A stretch of DNA of 62,773 nt. It comes from Pseudobdellovibrionaceae bacterium (GTDB lineage Bacteria; Bdellovibrionota; Bdellovibrionia; Bdellovibrionales; Bdellovibrionaceae). The position numbers and the translations under genes are program-made. Under the pieces are notes generated by a model. The model made no database searches. It saw only the letters and a program-made list of their open reading frames with translations, and was not told the origin of the DNA. The DNA is taken from positions 1 through 62,773 of the forward strand of contig JBIKLL010000009.1 of assembly GCA_044359815.1 (NCBI GenBank). Reading direction: 5' to 3'. Within the stretch, counting starts at the first letter, position 1. Each line of letters opens with the position of its first letter. Shown piece after piece: positions 59,197 to 62,773 of the stretch.

Positions 59197-60436
59197 ATTA
59201 AAGAATTTAACAATTTCTGTTTTGGTGTTTTTTAAAATCGATCCTTATAAGTTCAGGCATGATTATTTGATGACTGAAAATGGTAGAGCCAAGCTGTTTA
59301 TTCGCAACAGGTATAAAACAACAGAAGAGTTTCAAAAGCGGAATATCGAAGTGGTTCATCTAGTACCTGAATCGGCGGCACGGCCTGAGCTTGTTTTTCA
59401 TGGGTCGAACAAAGATATAAAAAACAGGACAGAGTTTTTTAATGAAAAAAAAATTAATACTTCGCTAGTTCAGCTTCCTAGAGTTGAAAACAGGATGATT
59501 GAAGTTATAAAGATAATTGATGATGAGTTTGCTCTTTTTAGCAATGCAAAATGCGTAATAGTGGATATCCCCGGATCTTATCCGAAACTAATAAAGTTTT
59601 TAAAAATGAGATTTAAAACATTGAAAGTAGTATTTCGGTCCCATAATGCAGAGTTTTTTCACAAGTTAGATTGGTTGTTTTCCTTCAAAAAAGGCATCTT
59701 CACTCGATTAACACTTTTAAAATTAGCACTAATGGCCTTATACAAAGATAGACTTATTTTAAAATACGCTGATTCGGTGTGGCCAATTTCACCTTGGGAT
59801 ACGTACTTTTATTGGAACAAATTTGCGAAGAATTTTAAAGAGTTAAAAAAGGTGATTTATGTTCCATACTTTTATCCGGACCGTCTCGAGGAGTATATAA
59901 TACCTGAAATAAAACAGAAGAGTAACAAATTAGTCTGTCTAGGTATGGCTAATCAAAGGTCAGTTATGCTTGAGTCTTCTTTGAATACATTTAGCAAAAT
60001 GGTAGATACCTTAAGTTCAGAAAGCGAGACGCTAAAGGAATGGAAGTTTTGTTACACGGGAAGTGAACCACAGTCTTTTCAGATGTCCTCAAGGATTGAG
60101 TCATTAGGAACTCTTTACAACCCATTTGATGCAATTTCTGATGCTAAAGGAATAATAATACCTTCTGATTTGGGTAGGGGATTTAAGACTAAAATCTTAG
60201 AAGCCATAATTTGTAATGTATATGTGATATTGCCTGAAAAAGTGTATTCAAGATTGCCTATTGAAATACTGCCTTACTGCATTTCGCTCCCTAATTACGA
60301 GAGTCATAATTTTATTTTAGCATTAGAAAAATTAAATAAGCCATTTCCTGAAAAAATTAATATTAACTCCTACATGAGAAAACTTGCTTACAGAAATATG
60401 ACAGAGTTTTGTCATAAGGAAGCCGGGATAGTATGA
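59156..60436 (+). CDS. Glycosyltransferase-like protein (GT-B)
   Basis: RSHNAE, GRGFKTKILEA. Confidence 0.65.
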   Translation: MKMKVTIMSFFINKLKNLTISVLVFFKIDPYKFRHDYLMTENGRAKLFIRNRYKTTEEFQKRNIEVVHLVPESAARPELVFHGSNKDIKNRTEFFNEKKINTSLVQLPRVENRMIEVIKIIDDEFALFSNAKCVIVDIPGSYPKLIKFLKMRFKTLKVVFRSHNAEFFHKLDWLFSFKKGIFTRLTLLKLALMALYKDRLILKYADSVWPISPWDTYFYWNKFAKNFKELKKVIYVPYFYPDRLEEYIIPEIKQKSNKLVCLGMANQRSVMLESSLNTFSKMVDTLSSESETLKEWKFCYTGSEPQSFQMSSRIESLGTLYNPFDAISDAKGIIIPSDLGRGFKTKILEAIICNVYVILPEKVYSRLPIEILPYCISLPNYESHNFILALEKLNKPFPEKININSYMRKLAYRNMTEFCHKEAGIV

Positions 60437-61599
60437 AAAAATATTTTATAAAATTATTTGAAGATGTCGTTTTCAAATTTATTAGTCCCTATTTTGATCT
60501 TTTAAATAAAAAGTTTACGAAGTCTTTTTTAAAGATTGAAGACTCGTTGAGTCTTAATAACAGACTGCTTTTGAAAAATCAGAATGCGATTTTGAATGCC
60601 ATCCTAAAGCTTGAAAAAATGGAATCAAAAATAAATCTTAAGTTTGAAACTTTTGAGAGACTTGGTAAAGATCCCAATAGTGTCAAGTCCCCAGGTTTTG
60701 ATCAGTATTTATCGGATTTTTTCGAAATTGCAGATCTTAGAATTTTTGATATTGGTGGAAGGGGGGGGCCGTTATCGTTTTTTAAGCAATTTTCAAAGTT
60801 TTGTAATTTAATATTATGTGATGCCGACAAGACTGCTGCTGAGGAAATGCAAAAAGATGAAGTCTTACAAGGAAGTTGGAAATCAGTAAAAATTTTACCT
60901 CATGCCATTGGGAATCCTTTAAGGAAAACCCTCTATTTGACTAATCAACCAGGTCTTAGTTCTCAGTTGCCACCCAATGGTGAAGTCTTTAAGACTTATT
61001 TAAATTCAAATGAATGGCACGTAAGAGAAGAGGTCGTAGTAAATGTAAAATCGCTTGATGATTCATTGACTGAAGAGGTTGATTTTTTAAAAATAGATAC
61101 ACAAGGAACTGAACTTGAAATATTAAAATCTGGATTAAGCAGAGTTCTGCCGAATTGCTTAATGATTTACTGTGAGATCACCTACATAAAGTTATATCAA
61201 GATATGTATTCTTATCCTGAGTTTTTGTTATTTATGGAAGAAAATGGATTCGAAATTTTGGATATTAAGAGAACTTCCTCAAAGCGTTTGAACGAAGACA
61301 ATCTCTATTCAAAAAGAGAATTCAGTTGGTCTCATACATTATTTATAAAAAAAGATTTTAGCGGATTAAATGAAATTAAACTTAAAAAGTTGATATGTTT
61401 ATTAGTAAGTTTGGAATATTTTGACTACGCCAGCTATTTGGCGCGAAATTTTTTAAAACAAGAGTCTTTCAAAGAACTATTGGAGTCTATAAAAAATTAT
61501 TCAAAGGCTTTCAATATCGTATTGCAGAAATCAATGAACAGTTGGGAATACAGCAAGGTTTCAAGAAATCAGCTTAAAGACCGAGATTTCGAAAGATGA
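60433..61599 (+). CDS. FkbM family methyltransferase
   Basis: FDIGGRGG, VDFLKIDTQGTELEILK. Confidence 0.88.
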   Translation: MKKYFIKLFEDVVFKFISPYFDLLNKKFTKSFLKIEDSLSLNNRLLLKNQNAILNAILKLEKMESKINLKFETFERLGKDPNSVKSPGFDQYLSDFFEIADLRIFDIGGRGGPLSFFKQFSKFCNLILCDADKTAAEEMQKDEVLQGSWKSVKILPHAIGNPLRKTLYLTNQPGLSSQLPPNGEVFKTYLNSNEWHVREEVVVNVKSLDDSLTEEVDFLKIDTQGTELEILKSGLSRVLPNCLMIYCEITYIKLYQDMYSYPEFLLFMEENGFEILDIKRTSSKRLNEDNLYSKREFSWSHTLFIKKDFSGLNEIKLKKLICLLVSLEYFDYASYLARNFLKQESFKELLESIKNYSKAFNIVLQKSMNSWEYSKVSRNQLKDRDFER

Positions 61600-61608
61600 G
61601 AATTTTGA

Positions 61609-62169
61609 ATGCAAAAATATTTTAAGAAAAAATATGGTTTGAAAAAGCTTATAGTTTATTTGAATAACCATATTATTTCTCGAATTATTTTTTCAAGTGT
61701 CCGTAATTTTTGGTTTAAATATTTTTTGCGAATTGAATTGGGAGCGAAATCATCTATACTTACTGATTTTAAAGTATCCACTGTTGGAAACATAAAAATT
61801 GGTAAAAATTCAGTAATCAATAATTCATGCAGGTTTGACAATAGATTCCCGATTAAAATTGGTAACAATGTTTCCATATCTTATGGAACTCACATTCTAA
61901 CAAAAGGGCATCTGCCTGATGATCCCTTGTTTAAAACATTTGGTAAAGCTGTAGTGATCGAGGATTACGCTTGGATATGTACGAATTCAATTATATTGCC
62001 CGGGGTAAATGTTGGAAAAGGCGCAGTAGTATTGACCGGTTCAGTGGTCACAAAAAATGTTGAACCCTATTCAATTGTTGGTGGCAATCCCGCAAAAATC
62101 ATTAAATCCAGGTCAAAAAATTTGGAGTATAATTTGAATTACGATGCATGGGTGCCCTTTTGGGGCTGA
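61609..62169 (+). CDS. Hexapeptide-repeat O-acyltransferase
   Basis: VVIEDYAWI, ILPGVNVGKGAVV, VGGNPAKIIK. Confidence 0.9.
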   Translation: MQKYFKKKYGLKKLIVYLNNHIISRIIFSSVRNFWFKYFLRIELGAKSSILTDFKVSTVGNIKIGKNSVINNSCRFDNRFPIKIGNNVSISYGTHILTKGHLPDDPLFKTFGKAVVIEDYAWICTNSIILPGVNVGKGAVVLTGSVVTKNVEPYSIVGGNPAKIIKSRSKNLEYNLNYDAWVPFWG

Positions 62170-62243
62170 AAGTAAGCTTTTAATTTTAAATTGAAGATCA
62201 ATCCAAATAATCAGTTGATCCAGATTTTTATTATAAACTAATT

Positions 62244-62773
62244 TTAGGATTTTCCTAACTTTTTTGTACCGACGTAATGACGATAGAAACTAGGATTATC
62301 ACTGATTTTTTTCTTTTGTGTTTCAGGTTTTACCGATTCTAAAAGATTTAACTCAGAACTATTAAGCAATAGTTTCCTTAGTTTATTCTTTAAGAGGTTA
62401 CCTTGTTTAGAATTAAAATAACTCTGAATGGGGCGTGCCCAAGTTGGTACCCACGGTAATGGGTGCTTAGATTTTAATGTAGGTTTCTCAGTTTTTTTAG
62501 TGATCACATCTGTATATTGACTGTTTTCAAGAACTGTCACTTTCTCTAAATTAAAATGTCTACTCAAACATTCACTAACACTGGATATTTCATTATTGTG
62601 TTTAGATTTTTCTCTGTTATGGCTATAAATCCATTCGGCATTGCATTCTGCAGCTCTTTTTGCGTAACCAATCACTTGGTCACTAGTCATTTCCTGAAAC
62701 GATACCATATTACAGGCCAAGTTGATTTTAAAAGGATCCATTTCAGAAAACAATTCTCGAGGTATAAAGACAA
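62244..62773 (-). CDS. Putative sugar O-methyltransferase, 3' part only
   Basis: INLACNMVSFQEM...Y...YSHNR motif; ORF runs toward the window edge. Confidence 0.55.
   Translation of the reverse strand, partial: VFIPRELFSEMDPFKINLACNMVSFQEMTSDQVIGYAKRAAECNAEWIYSHNREKSKHNNEISSVSECLSRHFNLEKVTVLENSQYTDVITKKTEKPTLKSKHPLPWVPTWARPIQSYFNSKQGNLLKNKLRKLLLNSSELNLLESVKPETQKKKISDNPSFYRHYVGTKKLGKS

Noticed and set aside
445..62753. Many short antisense or alternate-frame ORFs in the ORF track
   Set aside because: They overlap well-supported genes and lack motifs; treated as shadow ORFs
1..62773. tRNA, rRNA, transposase, integrase or prophage genes
   Set aside because: None recognised; any enzyme acting on the palindromic elements is outside the window or unrecognised

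Overview
Chromosomal window from an AT-rich bacterium, probably Bdellovibrionota (inferred from the DUF4360 protein, the 'QNC' lipoprotein-like gene and many secreted hydrolases). It holds a chemotaxis operon, radA/slt/oppBC, the prs-rplY-pth-ychF block, amidase-rph-rdgB, HD-GYP/mscS/uppP, secreted proteases, a phnD plus fused phnC-phnE transporter, a redox/stress cluster with a MarR/GbsR-like regulator and palindromic operator, TolC-RND, and the start of an AT-rich surface-polysaccharide locus. The most notable signal is non-coding. Six intergenic loci (1-360, 16.3-16.8, 24.4-24.5, 30.3-30.85, 40.4-40.7 and 49.75-50.1 kb) carry three families (A, B, C) of long palindromic elements with one design: GC-rich asymmetric cores conserved between copies, inside AT-rich inverted arms that are near-perfect within a copy but mostly differ between copies. 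They fill every convergent gap longer than 100 bp, nest in each other, have tandemly duplicated ends and overlap neighbouring stop codons. No cognate transposase is visible in the window. A candidate sigma54-driven, C-rich ~55-nt sRNA lies at about 22.8 kb. All calls come from reading the sequence by eye; no database searches were run.
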